64,000 bases of DNA from Octopus vulgaris (taxonomy: Eukaryota): positions 27,404,001 through 27,468,000 of the forward strand of contig OX597823.1 in NCBI GenBank assembly GCA_951406725.2, in the 5' to 3' direction. Every line of letters starts with the position of its first letter. Positions within the stretch are counted from its first letter, which is position 1. A program made the position numbers and the translations under genes. Shown here piece after piece: positions 27,108-42,590 of this stretch. Under the pieces are notes generated by a model. It worked only from the letters and a program-made list of their open reading frames with translations, was not told the DNA's origin and searched no databases.

Positions 27108-27247
27108 GGCTGTGTGGTAAGAAGCTTGCTTCCCAACAACATGGTTCCGGGTTCAGTTCTACTGCGTGGCACCTTGGGCAAATGTCTGAATCCGGTACCA
27201 TATGGTTGATAAGCAAGCTACTTACCACATAGCCATTCCTACGCCTC
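27108..27247. mobile_element. Two SINE-1 heads fused in opposite orientation
   Basis: A + strand head at 27108-27187 is directly followed by a minus strand head at 27188-27247. Confidence 0.75.
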
Positions 27248-27464
27248 CCATTTATCATGTTTCCATTAATAACAGTGATACCAGTAACCAGTTGTTAGCA
27301 CTCATTATATTTATATTGCAAAGAAAACCATAGTAAAAGCATACTATTAATCAATTAATTAATTAACTAATGATAAAAGAATAGAAATTGCGTAGTCACA
27401 TTCATTAGGTTTATGCAGTACGACACCTTTTATTTTCCTTAGACCCATTTGAATAAAGTGTGTG

Positions 27465-27509
<45 letters not shown>

Positions 27510-28010
27510 GTGTGTGTGTGTGTGCGTGCGTGTGTATGTGTGTGTGTGTTTGTGTGTGTATGTGTGTATATGTATATATATGCTTGTGTGTGTGTATGTG
27601 TGTGTGTAATAAATAATTTCATACTCAACAAATCAATACGGAGGATATTAGGTTACATGCAGTAACACACATACATAGTAGAGCATACGCGCATGTGCGT
27701 GTGGATGCGTTGTGTGTCTGTATTGTTCGTTGCAATGTGGCAACATCTAGGAACGAATGGGTTTTATTTAAGTATAAATGCTTGCGAATGTTTAATTGTC
27801 TTGCTTACTCACAAGCACACACATCCCCAAAAATAGACGTGAATAATATGTGCATACATACATGTGTGTTTATCATATATATGTGTGTGTATGTGTGTGT
27901 GTTTCTCTGTGTGTGTGAGAGTATATGAACGGATGTACATATGTGTGTATGTATATGTGTATGTATGTATACATATATATATATGTGTGTGTGTGTGTGT
28001 ATATATATAT

Positions 28011-28069
<59 letters not shown>

Positions 28070-28071
28070 TG

Positions 28072-28115
<44 letters not shown>

Positions 28116-28290
28116 TGTATATGTATATGCGTTGAAATAGAAGCTCATGCGCACATATACACACAAATTCCCCTAATACATATATGCACACGTCACACAT
28201 ACACATACACATACACATTGTGTGTATGTTGTGCACATGCCTACGCACTCCCTACATATGTGTGAAATAGATAGATAGATAGATAGACAT

Positions 28291-28350
<60 letters not shown>

Positions 28351-28394
28351 TTAGTTAGTTAGTTAGTTAGATAGTTAGTTAGATAGATAGATAT

Positions 28395-29400
28395 GTTTCT
28401 TTATTAGCCACACAGGGCTGCACACAGATAGAACAAATTACAAGGTAGAGCTTTTCTTTTGAAGGTTTAAGAAAAAAAAAAAAAAAAAAGGAGGGGGAGT
28501 TTCGATCAAAAGGGATCGTAAAAGGAGAGAAAGAGGACAAAAAAAAGGGGGTTTAAAAAAAAAAGGGGGGAGGAAAAAAATTGATCAATAGGGATCGTTA
28601 TCACAGAAATGTCAATATGAAGTGTAAAGGGGAGGACAGGTGAGGTTTACCCGTGGAAAGAAAAGCCTACGGAAAAGACCACGGTAACCTCGGTCAATGA
28701 TGTCACATTTTATATTTTTTTTTTTTTTTTTTGCAAATAAGCAACTCTCTGTTTTCGATTTCTGGGTTCATAGGCCTATGCTCAAGGTGGCTTCGTCATT
28801 CATACGTGCCATCCTTGCTACATTCACCCATCTTTTTTTAAAACATTCGCTAGACAAAACTTGCCTCTCTACTCTCACTTTCCTTTTCAAGTGGTACTTG
28901 AAGAAGTTGATGAGAGATTGACCAGAGAGGAAAGTGTTTGTCTCCAATCCTTTCAGACGCGTCCACCAGATACATTCTTTCGCCATAGCCACAAGGATGA
29001 TGAAAATAGCTCTTCCTTCCCGTTTGAAGGAAGGAGGCGTGACAATATTGACGATAGACTCAGCTGATAAACCGACTCGTCCCACACGTGACAGCAGTTG
29101 TTCGACATAAGCCCACAGGTCGGAAATTGTTGGACACTGAACGAGTGCGTGCAGAACGGTTTCGTCGCTCTGACCGCATCTCGGGCAGGTCGGCCCCGTG
29201 TTTCTCGAGCCGTGTCTGTAGAGCTTATCCCGAACGGGTAGCGCTTCTCGGTAGCACTGCCAGGCCAGGGATCTCTGGAAGTTGTCCATGGGCCCTGGCC
29301 CGAAAGTCGTCCTGAACAGGCGGGTCAGGTACTCCTCGTCGACGTCCAGGTTCGCCCCGAGCTCGTCGTCGTACCTCCCTCCACTAAACCCCTATAGAAT
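28395..29400 (-). mobile_element. 5'-truncated Tx1/L1-clade LINE inserted in (GATA)n
   Basis: ORF 28768-29289 has the zf-RVT pattern (LAWQCYREALPV..CPRCGQSDETVLHALVQCP). The 3' UTR ends AATAAAGAAA, and (GATA)n lies on both sides. Confidence 0.88.
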
Positions 29401-29402
29401 GC

Positions 29403-29527
<125 letters not shown>

Positions 29528-30554
29528 GGATGGATGGATGGATGGATGGATTGAGGGAAGCGTGCATGCATGTATGGATGGGTGGGTGGATAGATGGAAA
29601 AAGAGAGTGGTGTATAGATGTGTTGCAAAAAAAGGTTATTAAGAAATCATTAAATTTTCTGAAATGACGTTATTCCTTCAAACAAAAATTCGTTCTGTCG
29701 ATCTTCAAATTGTTTCATCAACATTCTCCTTTTTACATAAATTTTTGACAGTTATAGATTTGTTTTTTGTTTTGTGTTAGGTGTTGTTATGCTATTCCAA
29801 ACATCATCCTTTGCTTCATCTCTCGGGTTTCTTTGCATTTTGTGTATTTTTCGCGCGAAGCATGGAGAGGGGGATTGTTTGTATCTTTCTAATTTTGTTT
29901 CCTTCAATGCTATTTTTCTTAACTTTTTTCTCTCTCGCTGTTTTTTTTATCCTCAAATTTGATACGTATTCGTCATCATTTATCATTCAATATCACACAC
30001 ACGGCAAATAAGTTAAAAACTAAATTAAAATCTAATAAAATACACAATAAGAAAATGAAACAAAATAACATAAACGAGAAATGAAAATGTTAGAAGCGTT
30101 GGTTTTTCATTGTAATGTATCGGGAGAATAGACCGATATTTCTATGGTGTTAATTCACATTACTATTGGTTGATTAAGACAGTTGACACTTCGTTGAATT
30201 GCATTGACTTCCTAATATCGTATCCTGACATTTCAAAAGTATAGAGTCTGTTCCTTCATCCTTCTACATATTTCTATTGGGGGAATCTGTCTAAATCCCC
30301 GTCAGATGTGTCAATGCATGGTCCTCCTGCTTTGTTTTCTTTTTAACAGCAGATCAGCACTTATTGAGCACACACACACACACACACACACATACTCACA
30401 CACCCACCCACACACATTCATTCTTTGTCCCTTTTTTTTATAACTGGAGGATGTAGTCGGAGAGAATTTGGCTGTAATTTAAAGCGTGTGAAGCGACCAG
30501 GGGAAAGCACCCTGGGGCTTGTTATGAGTTGAGTTATTTAGTTACGGTTACGAT

Positions 30555-30860
30555 GGTGGCATGGCAGAATCGTATATTTCGGCCCTTTATGTACTGAGTT
30601 CAAATTTTACCAAGATGAAGTTTTCCTTTCATTCCTCCAGAGTCGAAAAATGAGAAACCATTCAAGAACCCAAGTAAATTTAATCGACTCACCCCTTCTT
30701 AAGATTTCAGGCCTAGTGCCTGCGTTACAGACAGTTTTTTATGGCTTTGACTCTTACATTCTCATTTCAAATTCCACTTGGGTTAATCTTTTCATTCATC
30801 TCTCTGAAGAAAAAAATAAAGTACCAGATAAGGTACTCTATTGGGATTAATATAATCGAT
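30555..30860 (+). mobile_element. Degenerate SINE family 2 fragments
   Basis: tggcagaatcg..ctgagttcaaatt motifs, diverged and partly duplicated. Confidence 0.55.
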
Positions 30861-32502
30861 TATTAAGTTTACATTAAAATGTGTGGATCATGTCAATATT
30901 AGAAATTAATATCTTATTCCAACGTTTCAAATGCAAATAACATTATATTAACAGAAACTGCCTAATCCCAAGCTTTGTACCACTAAATAGTTCCAAATCT
31001 TCGAACTATGTGCCACCAGATGGTGCCATAATCTCCTATTTGTCCTTCCCATGTTGGAACGAAGTATTACAAATAGTTGTTGTTGTTGTTGTTTTTGTTG
31101 TCGTTGTTGTTGCAACTCCTGAACCATAAACCTTCGCCGACATTCGCAAGCGAGGGTGGCTTTGTAGCCTGTACCATGCTATCGCTATTTGCTTTAAGGA
31201 TTCTTTGTGGTTTCGAGCAGATATAGACACACAATTGCAGCCCTTCAATACTTGAATCAGCAGAGAATAAATAACGTGACTGTAGAAGACAAAAAGAGAG
31301 AGAAAGAGAGAGAGGGAGAAGGGAGAGAGAAAGAGTTATACTAGTACTCGGCTGGTGCTCATTTATGGATGTATAAATATAATATAATGTCTTTTGCTCA
31401 AGTGCACAGGCTGGTGTCTTGACCAGGAATCGAAACTACAAATTAATAATTGTAAGCCTGACACTCTAACCACTACGTCGATGATATTACTGGCATAGTG
31501 ATTGTTTGGCTCCAGATCAGCTCTGGTCGAGCAGCCATATTGCAAAAGGCGCTCCGGCTGTAACCATCTCCCCTTCCTTATGGCTCTCTATGACTACACT
31601 GTCCAATGAGTCCTTTTCTTTTTAAGAGACTAGATGTGATTTGAGGGAGACTTGATTCTCAAGCAGCTCGGTGAACACCACCAGCTTTACCCCGTTCTTA
31701 TTGCTGTTATCTTCATTGTAGATATAGTTCAGTAAACTTGGCCAGTTTATAAGCTTTATATATAACACAAAGCTCTCGCGTTTATGAGGCAGCTGTTCTT
31801 ACAAGTAAGCAGATATGCCGTGCATCTGTCCGCTCTTGGCTGAACAAGTCAGCAGAATGGTTAAAATGTGGGTCAAAATACTTGCTCCGGGTCTTTATAC
31901 TTTGAGTTGAAATCCCGCTGTGATCAACTTTACGTTTTATCCTTCGATAAAAGTCGAGTATCACCGGTGTATTGATAACAGAGTGGTGATATGACAACAT
32001 ACAATCGGTGAGCATGGCACAGTGGAGCCAAATGTCACAACCAACTGTCATGTTTTGATGACAGGTCGGGAGACACAGTGATCATGTCAATATTATCAAT
32101 CTGTAACCGCTTATATCACTGCCAGCACAACACTGATATGCATGCACACACGACACACACATACGCACACGCACGCACACACACATGCACGTACGCACAC
32201 ACACACACAAGCACGCACACGCCCACACACGCGCACACACACACACACACACATACACACGCATGCACACGCACACACACACACACACACGCACGCACAC
32301 ACGCACACACACACGCACACACATACCCACGCATACACGCACATACACACACGTATGCATACGCATTCTATTATTCACTCTCTCAACTTATCTAAAGTTG
32401 GGTGCCTTACACACCTTATTTACAAAAATGTACACAAAATGTGGGCTATAAATAGTCAAAATAAACGATTACCTTCGGAGTCGAAGTGACAGCACGTCCG
32501 TC

Positions 32503-33584
<1,082 letters not shown>

Positions 33585-34150
33585 CTGATAGAGAAACATA
33601 CAAATGATTCTATACAGCTGACAAATATTTCATTGGTTAATAGCACCGAACAGAATATAAGGGTATATAACTAAATAAAGTATGCTTAATACAAGTGGTC
33701 TTAATAATACTATAGATATAAAATTTCCAACGAAGTCTGCACTACCAAGCCATTAGGTTAAAAGATTTATGATTTATCACCTAGAACATACATATGAAAT
33801 TCAATAGAAAATTTAAACTGAATTCTCGGTTAGAAATAGCTTCTAAATTAAACTGAAGTAGGTGTGCCTAACAAAACAAAACAGCAGCATGCAACGTATA
33901 AGAAAATTACTTATACAAGCAGCGTGATTTTTCAGGTTTACTCCTGACACGCAGTGTTCGCTAATTCACATTTGAAACATTTCCTTTTACAGTGGCCGTA
34001 TTTTGTTCAATTTTTGTATGGTTATTACATGACAAAATAAAGATCGTATGTCGTGTCTTCAGAAAATTGCATCTCGAAAACCCAACATTTCGAATTATGA
34101 TAGAAAGTTGTCAAAGAAATATTGTCTTCATCGTTGAAGTAATAATAATA

Positions 34151-34229
<79 letters not shown>

Positions 34230-34291
34230 TAATAATAATAACGACGATGATGATGATGATGACGACGACGACGACGACGACGATGATGATA

Positions 34292-34322
<31 letters not shown>

Positions 34323-34490
34323 AGGTACAAGACTTGCAGGTTTGGCAGGAAGAAGCTAGTTGATACCCTCGACCGCAGTTCTTGATTGATACTTAATTCT
34401 ATCGAGCTCGTTGAGATTTGAAGGTAAAACGTAAAGAGCTCGGAAAACTATCAAAAGTTAAACGGCTCTGCAAATTCCCCACCGTAATAA

Positions 34491-34577
<87 letters not shown>

Positions 34578-34873
34578 CAACAACAATAACAACAACAACA
34601 ATAATAATAACAACAATAATAATGATGACAAAAACAGTAATAATAATTATAATTGTAATAATCATAATGACAAAAACAACAACAAAAATAATAATAATAA
34701 TAATAATAATATTCATAATAATAATAACAATAATAATAATAACAACAACAATAATAATAATAATAATAACAATAATAATAATAACAAAAACAGTAATAAT
34801 AATTATAATTGTAATAATCATGATAACAACAATAACAACAACAACAACAATAATAATAATAATAATAATAATG

Positions 34874-34934
<61 letters not shown>

Positions 34935-34935
<1 letters not shown>

Positions 34936-35428
34936 GACATTATATTGAAAGACTTCATAAAAAAATCATGCCTCCTCATTGATATGACTGTCCCAATCGA
35001 TATAAATATACCTGTCAAGACCTACCAAAAACTAAACAAGTATAAAGATCGTGAAATAGAAATTGGCAAAATGTGGAATCTGAAGACTAAAACAATACCT
35101 GTTGTCATAGGTGCCCTAGGAATGATAGCAAAAGGGGTTGATTGTTATCTAGCTCAGATACCAGGAAAACTCAGAATGGCAGAAATTCAAAAGTTAGTGT
35201 TCACGAGAACTGTCCATATCCTACGTAAAATACTATCTGTGTAATCTCAAATTAATAACAAATTCATAATTTTTTTATGTTTTCTTAAACATTTTCTAGA
35301 GCAATACTATGTCCAAAACCAAATATATGGCACTCTAAACATAACACCAACGTGAACTTCTAAGTTCATTGAGATTTCTGGGTGAGACTTGGAGACAACT
35401 GGTACAAATACTAAGCAAGTCAAACATA

Positions 35429-35430
<2 letters not shown>
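34935..35430 (+). mobile_element. 5'-truncated R4/Dong-like RLE LINE in (TAA)n
   Basis: CLLIDMTVPID..K..KLNKYKD..PVVIGALG is a restriction-like endonuclease C-terminus. Followed by a 3' UTR and (TAA)n. Confidence 0.88.
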
Positions 35431-35509
<79 letters not shown>

Positions 35510-35510
<1 letters not shown>

Positions 35511-36040
35511 CTGACAGAAAGATAGATGCAAATAGGCCAGACATCATATTGAAAAACTTCAAACAAAAAACATGCCTCCTCATTGATATGACTGTCCCAA
35601 TCGATATAAACGTATCTGTCAAGACCTACCAAACACTGAGCAAATATAAAGATCTTGAAATAGAAATTGGCAAAATGTGGAACCTGAAGACTAAAACAAT
35701 ACCTGTTGTCATAGGTGCCCTGGGAATGATAGCGAAAGGGGCTGATCGCTACCTAACTCAGATACCAGGAAACCCCAAAATGGCAGAAATTCAAAAGATA
35801 GTGCTCATGGGAACTGCTCATATCCTACGCAAAATACTTTCTATGTAATCTCAAGTTTTAAAACAAACATAATTTTCGTTTTGTTTTTTTAAACATTCAC
35901 TAGTACAACACTAAATACAAAACCAAATATATGGCACACTAGGCATAACAACATCACGAACTTCCAACCTGTTGTCTCTTGAGGTCTCTGGGTGAGACTT
36001 GGAGACAACTTGTACAAATATAAAGCAAAAGTCAAACATA

Positions 36041-36041
<1 letters not shown>
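35510..36041 (+). mobile_element. 5'-truncated R4/Dong-like RLE LINE in (TAA)n
   Basis: DRKIDANRPDIILK..LIDMTVP..KYKDL motif with (TAA)n on both sides. Confidence 0.9.
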
Positions 36042-36100
<59 letters not shown>

Positions 36101-36148
36101 TGATGATGATGATGATGATGATAATAATAATGATAATAATAATAATAA

Positions 36149-36180
<32 letters not shown>

Positions 36181-36204
36181 ATAATAATAATAATAATAAT
36201 AATA

Positions 36205-36283
<79 letters not shown>

Positions 36284-36300
36284 TGATAATAATAATAATA

Positions 36301-36637
36301 GTGGGGGAGCATCATAGCCATGGGTTGAGAAGGATTCTTTGGGGTTTGAATAATTCACCTCTGGAAACATGGGTGTTTCGTTCAACGTCCTTAAACAACC
36401 CTTATTCAGGGACCTTTTGAGCGGGATAGGTTACTCGATCTGAAGAAAATTCTAACTGGGCTCCACCTGCAAGGTTATGTGCTGTTTATCTTGATATGAG
36501 ATCACCATGTCGCGCACATATGGTTGTGATGCATGTGCCTGGTGTACCCTTATCAGACGGGTAGTCATGATGGGTATACTGGGCTTCGTATATTTTACCC
36601 CAGTGTCACTCTGATGGCATGCTCTGCTCGCTCACTC
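36301..36637 (+). mobile_element. Unclassified insertion between (TAA)n tracts, probably a retrotransposon 3' UTR
   Basis: Complex GC-richer block sharply bounded by (TAA)n, with no ORF. Confidence 0.45.
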
Positions 36638-36765
<128 letters not shown>

Positions 36766-37070
36766 GTCAAGACGAAGAGCGCGATTCGATTGTAAGATAT
36801 TTTATTAGTTGAACGATATTTCAACAGTAAGTTTGTCTTTGTCAAGTTCAAAAGAAGTGCTGATAAAAATTCAAAATTACAGAAATTTAAACGCCAAGTA
36901 TGAACGAGAGCAACCAGCGTCCAAACGTTGATGGAATGACATCAGTTTTTAAGTTCCAATTTTATAACAGACGAAAAGAAAAAGACAGAAAAAAAAACCA
37001 GAAAAAAGAAGACGACAGAAATATGGAAAGAAAAAGAGAGAAAGAAGAATATTTAATCAAACAGTTTTGT

Positions 37071-37490
37071 ATATTGTTATATTTCGGAATGGTCATTTTG
37101 CCAGTTTAGCCAATAAAAACACACGCACTATATATTTGGTGTTATTTTGCTTCAGTGTTATTTATTTTTTACATTAATCTTAATCTTATTTCGGCTAAAC
37201 TGGCAAAATGAATATATAGTGCGTGTGTTTTTATTTTATTGGCTAAACTGGCAAAAGGAAGACTACTGATGCGGTCACAGGAGTGTGACGAAAGAACTCT
37301 GGCCGAAATAAGATTAAGATTAATGTAAAAAATAAATAACACTGAAGCAAAATAACACCAAATATATAGTGCGTGTGTTTTTATTGGCTAAACTGGCAAA
37401 ATGACCATTCCGAAATATAACAATAATATCTGTTTCAACACACGACTTCACATAAAAAATCTTGCACAACAAATATTTAAACGTACTAAG
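37071..37490 (+). mobile_element. Fold-back PLE-like insertion with a ~150 nt tandem unit and a hammerhead-like motif
   Basis: 37071-37195 is inverted to 37302-37425. atatatagtgcgtgtgtttttatt recurs at 37212 and 37362. gttttgtata lies on both sides of the insert. Confidence 0.75.
37261..37304 (+). ncRNA. Minimal hammerhead-like motif with variant core (CUGAUGC)
   Basis: gaCUA CUGAUGC g GUCAC-aggagu-GUGAC GAAA G-aa-CU C UGGcc. Stem II is good; stems I and III are weak. Confidence 0.5.
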
Positions 37491-38225
37491 TTTTGTATAT
37501 ATTTGATGATATTCTCTTGTCATCTTATTCATTCCTCCAGGGCATGATGTTAATCTCAAATTTATAACAAACTAATAATTTTTTTATGATTTCTTAAACA
37601 CTTTCTAGAACAATACTATGTCCAAAACTAAATATATAGCACCCTAAGCATAACACCAACATGAACGTCTCTTGAGGTTTCCTTAGCAGTCCCAGTTGTT
37701 CTTTATAGCTTCAATGTGCTTAACTGGAATACCAGTGAAATAATGAAGATAATTTTTCTTCGACAACTTTCTATCATAATTCGAAATGATGGGTTTTCGA
37801 GATGCAATTTTCTAAAGACACGACATACGCCCTGGAGGAATGAATAAGATAACAGGAGAATATCATCAAATTTATACAAAATTGTTTGATTAAATATTTC
37901 TTCTTTCTCTCTTTATCTTTCCTTTTTTTCCTGTCGTCTTCTTTTTTCTGTTTTTTTTTCTGTCTTTTTCTTTTCGCCTGTTATAAAATTGTAACTTAAA
38001 AACTGATGATGTCATTCCATCAAAGTGTGGACGTTGGTTGCTCTCGTTCATACTTGGCGTTTAAATTTCTGTAATTTTGAATTTTTATGACTTCTTATTT
38101 TGAACTTGACCAAGACAGATGTGCTGTTGAAATATCGTTCAACCAATAAAATATCTTACAATCGAATCGCGCTCTTCGTCTTGACTGTTTACTATTGTGA
38201 AGAGTTACGTCAATACGTTTTTAAA

Positions 38226-38297
<72 letters not shown>

Positions 38298-38335
38298 TAA
38301 TAATAATGATGATAATAATAATAATAATAATAATA

Positions 38336-38385
<50 letters not shown>

Positions 38386-38386
38386 A

Positions 38387-39994
38387 ATACTGTGAAAGGA
38401 TTCACTGATGGTATCGAGATGGAGTTTGGCCTTGAAAAGTGTACCAAAGCCACTTTTAAGAAAGAGAAATTAGTAAAGTCAATCGAATTAGATGTCGAAA
38501 CAGTAATAAAGGAACTTGCGCAGGAAGAAACCTATAGATACCTAGGAATAAATGAAGGCTCTGGTATCCAGTATGCAAGCTTGAAAGAGAAGGTTAGGAA
38601 GGAATGTTATAGAAGAGTTCGAGCAGTCCTGAAGTCTGAGCTGAATGCATATAATAAGGTGTTAGCCATAAGTTCCTTAGCTGTCCCAGTTGTTCTTTAT
38701 AGCTTCAATGTGCTTAAATGGAATACCAGTGAAATAATGAAAATCGATAGAAAAATCCGCAAGCTACTGACTTGTTATAAGATGCACTATCCAAAAGCAG
38801 ATGTGGATCGTCTTTACCTTCCCAGAGCTCAGTGACGTCGAGGCTTGATCCAGCTTGAAATTACATACAAAACCACCACAATCGGACTGGCAAAATACCT
38901 TGAAACAACCAACGATTGGATGCTAAAATTTGTTGAAAAACATGAAAGACCGAAAAAACTTCACTCTATTCTGAAAGAGAGCAAGAAATTCGCTACTGAT
39001 CTCTTAGATACCTACCAGATTGATCAGGTTGAATGCGCCAACTGCTGCTGCAAAGAAAATAAAATTAATTGCAAAGACAAGAGCACATGAAAAATTAGCT
39101 AGCAGATGAGAACAGAAACCTCTGCATGGCAAGTATGTGGCCCGTAGCAAACAAGCTGATGTCGACCAGAAACACACGCATAAATGGTTACAAAGCTCAG
39201 GGCTAAAAGCAGAGAGTGAATGTTCATAGCTGCTCAATACCAAAACTTATTAACCCGGAACTACCATGCTAATGTGATAAAATATGGAGCTGCCCCACAA
39301 TGCCGATTCTGTAATGATAAGATTGAAACTATAGACCACCTAATCTCAGAGTGTAGAGACTTAGTACCTGTAGAATATAAAGCAAGACATGACAGAGTCG
39401 GCCAGTATTCACTGGACAATATGTCGGCATTATAAAATCAAAACCGCTGATAAACGGTATAAACACCGTCGATTCTCTGGGACTTCCCTGTACATACCGA
39501 CAAAACTATAAACGTTAATAAACCGGATATTATCATAAAAGATCAGACAAAAAAAGTGTGTTTATTAATTGACATGAGTATTCCTTGCGATCACAATATA
39601 GCGGCGAAAGAATTTGACAAGATCAGTAAATATAAAGACTTGCTAATAGAAATTGAAAAACGTGGCATCTCAAGGCGACTACAGTACCAGTGATTGTAGG
39701 ATCCCTAGGAATGATAAAAAAAAGGTACTGAAACCTATTTGAAAATGATACCAGGCTTACCATCCCTACAGGATGTGCAAAAAATCGTGTTAACTGGAAC
39801 GACTCATGTACTGAGAAGAGCATTATCGCTGTGAAAACAACATCCACTCATGAATTTATTTATTTATCAATTTTTAAATACATATTTTACCTGTGAATTA
39901 GCGTGTATAGTTTGGGAATGCATACAATGAGCTTCTCTGCCCTAGGTGTACGGAAAACACTCGGCGAGAAATGGAAGAAAATTTGAAGAAAGAA

Positions 39995-39995
<1 letters not shown>
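38387..39995 (+). mobile_element. R4/Dong-like LINE: RT C-terminus, CCHC finger, RLE domain and 3' UTR
   Basis: MEFGLEKC, YRYLGI, DVDRLYLPR, CRFCNDKIETIDHLISEC, RHD and NKPDII motifs, with stops and frameshifts. (TAA)/(TGA)n flanks. Confidence 0.92.
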
Positions 39996-40080
<85 letters not shown>

Positions 40081-40094
40081 TGATAATAATAATA

Positions 40095-40153
<59 letters not shown>

Positions 40154-40156
40154 TAA

Positions 40157-40195
<39 letters not shown>

Positions 40196-40196
40196 C

Positions 40197-40466
40197 GTTT
40201 CTTTATTGGCCACAACGGCTGAACGCTAAACAAATAGGGTAAACAATAAAATAACAATGACAATTAACAATAGGATTAAACAATAAAATTCTCCAAAAGA
40301 GGGGAGTTCCTGAGTGAGACAACCGAGGAACCCCACACATTCTGGTTATCCCGACCGTCAGATGCACCTAAGTAGGCGCCTCTCTCCTTCTCAAATCCTC
40401 CGGTTTACAAACGAAAGTTCAAAGTAGGCCCATTCACATGGTACATCCTCGCCACAGGCACCCACC

Positions 40467-40467
<1 letters not shown>
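40197..40467 (-). mobile_element. Short 3' end of a sister Tx1-like family inserted in (TAA)n
   Basis: Minus strand WWVPVARMYHVNGPTLNFRL* resembles RWVNVARMARMNDEATLSIGL*. The terminus tgtggccaataaagaaa is shared with the copy at 32603. Confidence 0.75.
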
Positions 40468-40525
<58 letters not shown>

Positions 40526-40529
40526 CAAC

Positions 40530-41232
40530 AAAATGAAACCAATGATCATGTAGTCTCCATGTGCAGTCTTCTTGCAGAGTGTCTCAACCGGCATGATAGA
40601 GCTCCACCATATGTTCACTGGGTAATTTGCAAAAACTTGGACTTGCCCCATGATAAAAACTGGTGGAAACACAAACCACCTCCAGTGTTTGGAAATGATC
40701 ACATTTCACTCCTCCGGAACTTCGCCATTCAAACTGATAGAAAGATAGATGCTAATGGGCCAGACATATTGAAAGTCTTCAGACAAAAATCATGCCTCCT
40801 CATTGATATGACAGTCCCAATCGATATAAACATACCTGTCAAGACCTACCAAAAACTGAGCAAGGATAAAGATCTCGAAATAGACATTGGTAAAATGTGG
40901 AACCTGTACTAGGTGTCCTAGGAATGATAGCAAAAGTGGCTGATTGCTACCTAGCTCTGATATCAGGAAATCCCGAAAAAGCAAAAATTCAAAAGATAGT
41001 GCTCATGGGAACTGCCCATATCCTACGTAAAATACTGTCTATGTAATCTCAAATCTTAAAACAAACACAATTTTCTTATTGTTTCTTGGACATTCTCTAC
41101 AACAATACTATGTACAAAACCAAATATATGACATCAGAAGCATAACATGAATTTCTAACTTGTTGTCTCTTAATGTCTCTGGGTGAGACATGGAGCCAAC
41201 TTGTAGAAATGCAAAGCAAAAGTCAAACATAA
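40530..41232 (+). mobile_element. R4/Dong-like RLE LINE fragment in (TAA)n
   Basis: NRHDR..HWVICK..TDRKIDANGPD..LIDMTVP plus the family 3' UTR. Confidence 0.88.
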
Positions 41233-41449
41233 AATAATAATAATAATAATGAAGAGGAAGGGGAGGGGGAAGGAGAGGAGGAAGCTTCAAATTTTTGGCA
41301 TGAAGTGTTTAGCCAAGTAAATCACACCTAGTAATTATTTTAAGTCAGTTCCTTATCTTCTAAGTTACAGAGAGGTAAACAACACCTGTCTTCAAGCGAT
41401 TTGAGAGAACAAAGCCACGCGCATACATACGAGCACACGCACATACATA

Positions 41450-42590
41450 CAGTGGGGGGAAATAAATATTCGTACATGTCGTACAATATTCGATCAATAT
41501 TCGATCCAGTGCACCATGCAAGATTTCCCCTGGATCTTTAAGAAAAATGGAGTGAAGAATCGGAGAAACCGCAATGATCACCAGAAAGGAGTTGCAAAAA
41601 GATTTGTTAGCATCAGGGACTAGTGTTGCACTATGAACAATCAGCAATGAACTTCATAGAAATGAACTGAAGTCACGCTCTCCTAGAAAAACTCCGCTGT
41701 TGACTAAAAGGCATAGAGATGCCCGTTTAAAATTTGACTAAAAAGCATAGAGATGCCCGTTTTAAATTTATGAACATAAGGATAAACCTGATACATTCTA
41801 TGGACAGACGAGTCGAAAATTGAATTGTTTGGAAGAAATTCGCGTAGCCATGTTTGGAGGAAAGATGGTACTGCCTATGCGCCGAAAAACACAATTCCTA
41901 CCATAAAGTTTGGCGGTGGCAACATCATGGTGTGGGGGTGTTTCTCTGCAAATGGTACTGGCAATTTACATGTGATAGATGGTAGAATGAATGCAGAGAT
42001 GTACCAATATATTTTGAACAATGATTTATGGGACTCTGTAGAAAAGCTCCAGCTTTGTGTAGGGTGGGTTTTACAACAGGATAACGACCCTAAGCACACG
42101 GCGAGGCGAAGACTATCAAAAAAATGGATTGTCGATCACAATATGAAATTATCAGAATGGCCAAACCAGTCACCTGACTTGAACCCCATTGGAAATTTGT
42201 GGCGTTATTTGAAAATTAAAACTCATTCAAGTGCATTGCAGATTTGAAGAAAATTTGTCAAGAAGAATGGGAAAAAATTCCTAAAGAAACATGCGAGTCA
42301 TTGACTAAGAACTACAAGAGATTAGTTGAAGTGGGACTGAATAATGGTTATGCTACGAAGTATTAAATCAGAATTATCAGTTATTTATGTTCTTTACGAA
42401 TACTTTTTCACCCATAAATATTTATAATTGTATATAAATTCCTTAGTAAGTATAATTTATTAGTTTCTTTTGCATATTCTTAGTTTATGCATGTGTATGC
42501 AAATATAGTATTGGTATATCCCATTTATGTTCATTAGAAATTAGATAAATAAATAATTTTGACATGTACGAATATTTATTTCCCCCACTG
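41450..42590 (+). mobile_element. Tc1-like transposon, internally deleted, inserted in an old SINE
   Basis: TA-flanked TIRs CAGTGGGGG(G)AAATAAATATTCGTACATGTC. Transposase motifs [25 protein letters not shown] and [12 protein letters not shown] ~33 bp tandem duplication at ~41700-41765. Confidence 0.93.

Larger units (their letters stand above)
36766..38185. repeat. Diverged inverted repeat pair (36766-37543 vs 37830-38185); the left arm is interrupted by a PLE-like hairpin
   Basis: gtcaagacgaagagcgcgattcgattg... vs ...caatcgaatcgcgctcttcgtcttgac, collinear over ~350 bp. Confidence 0.85.
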
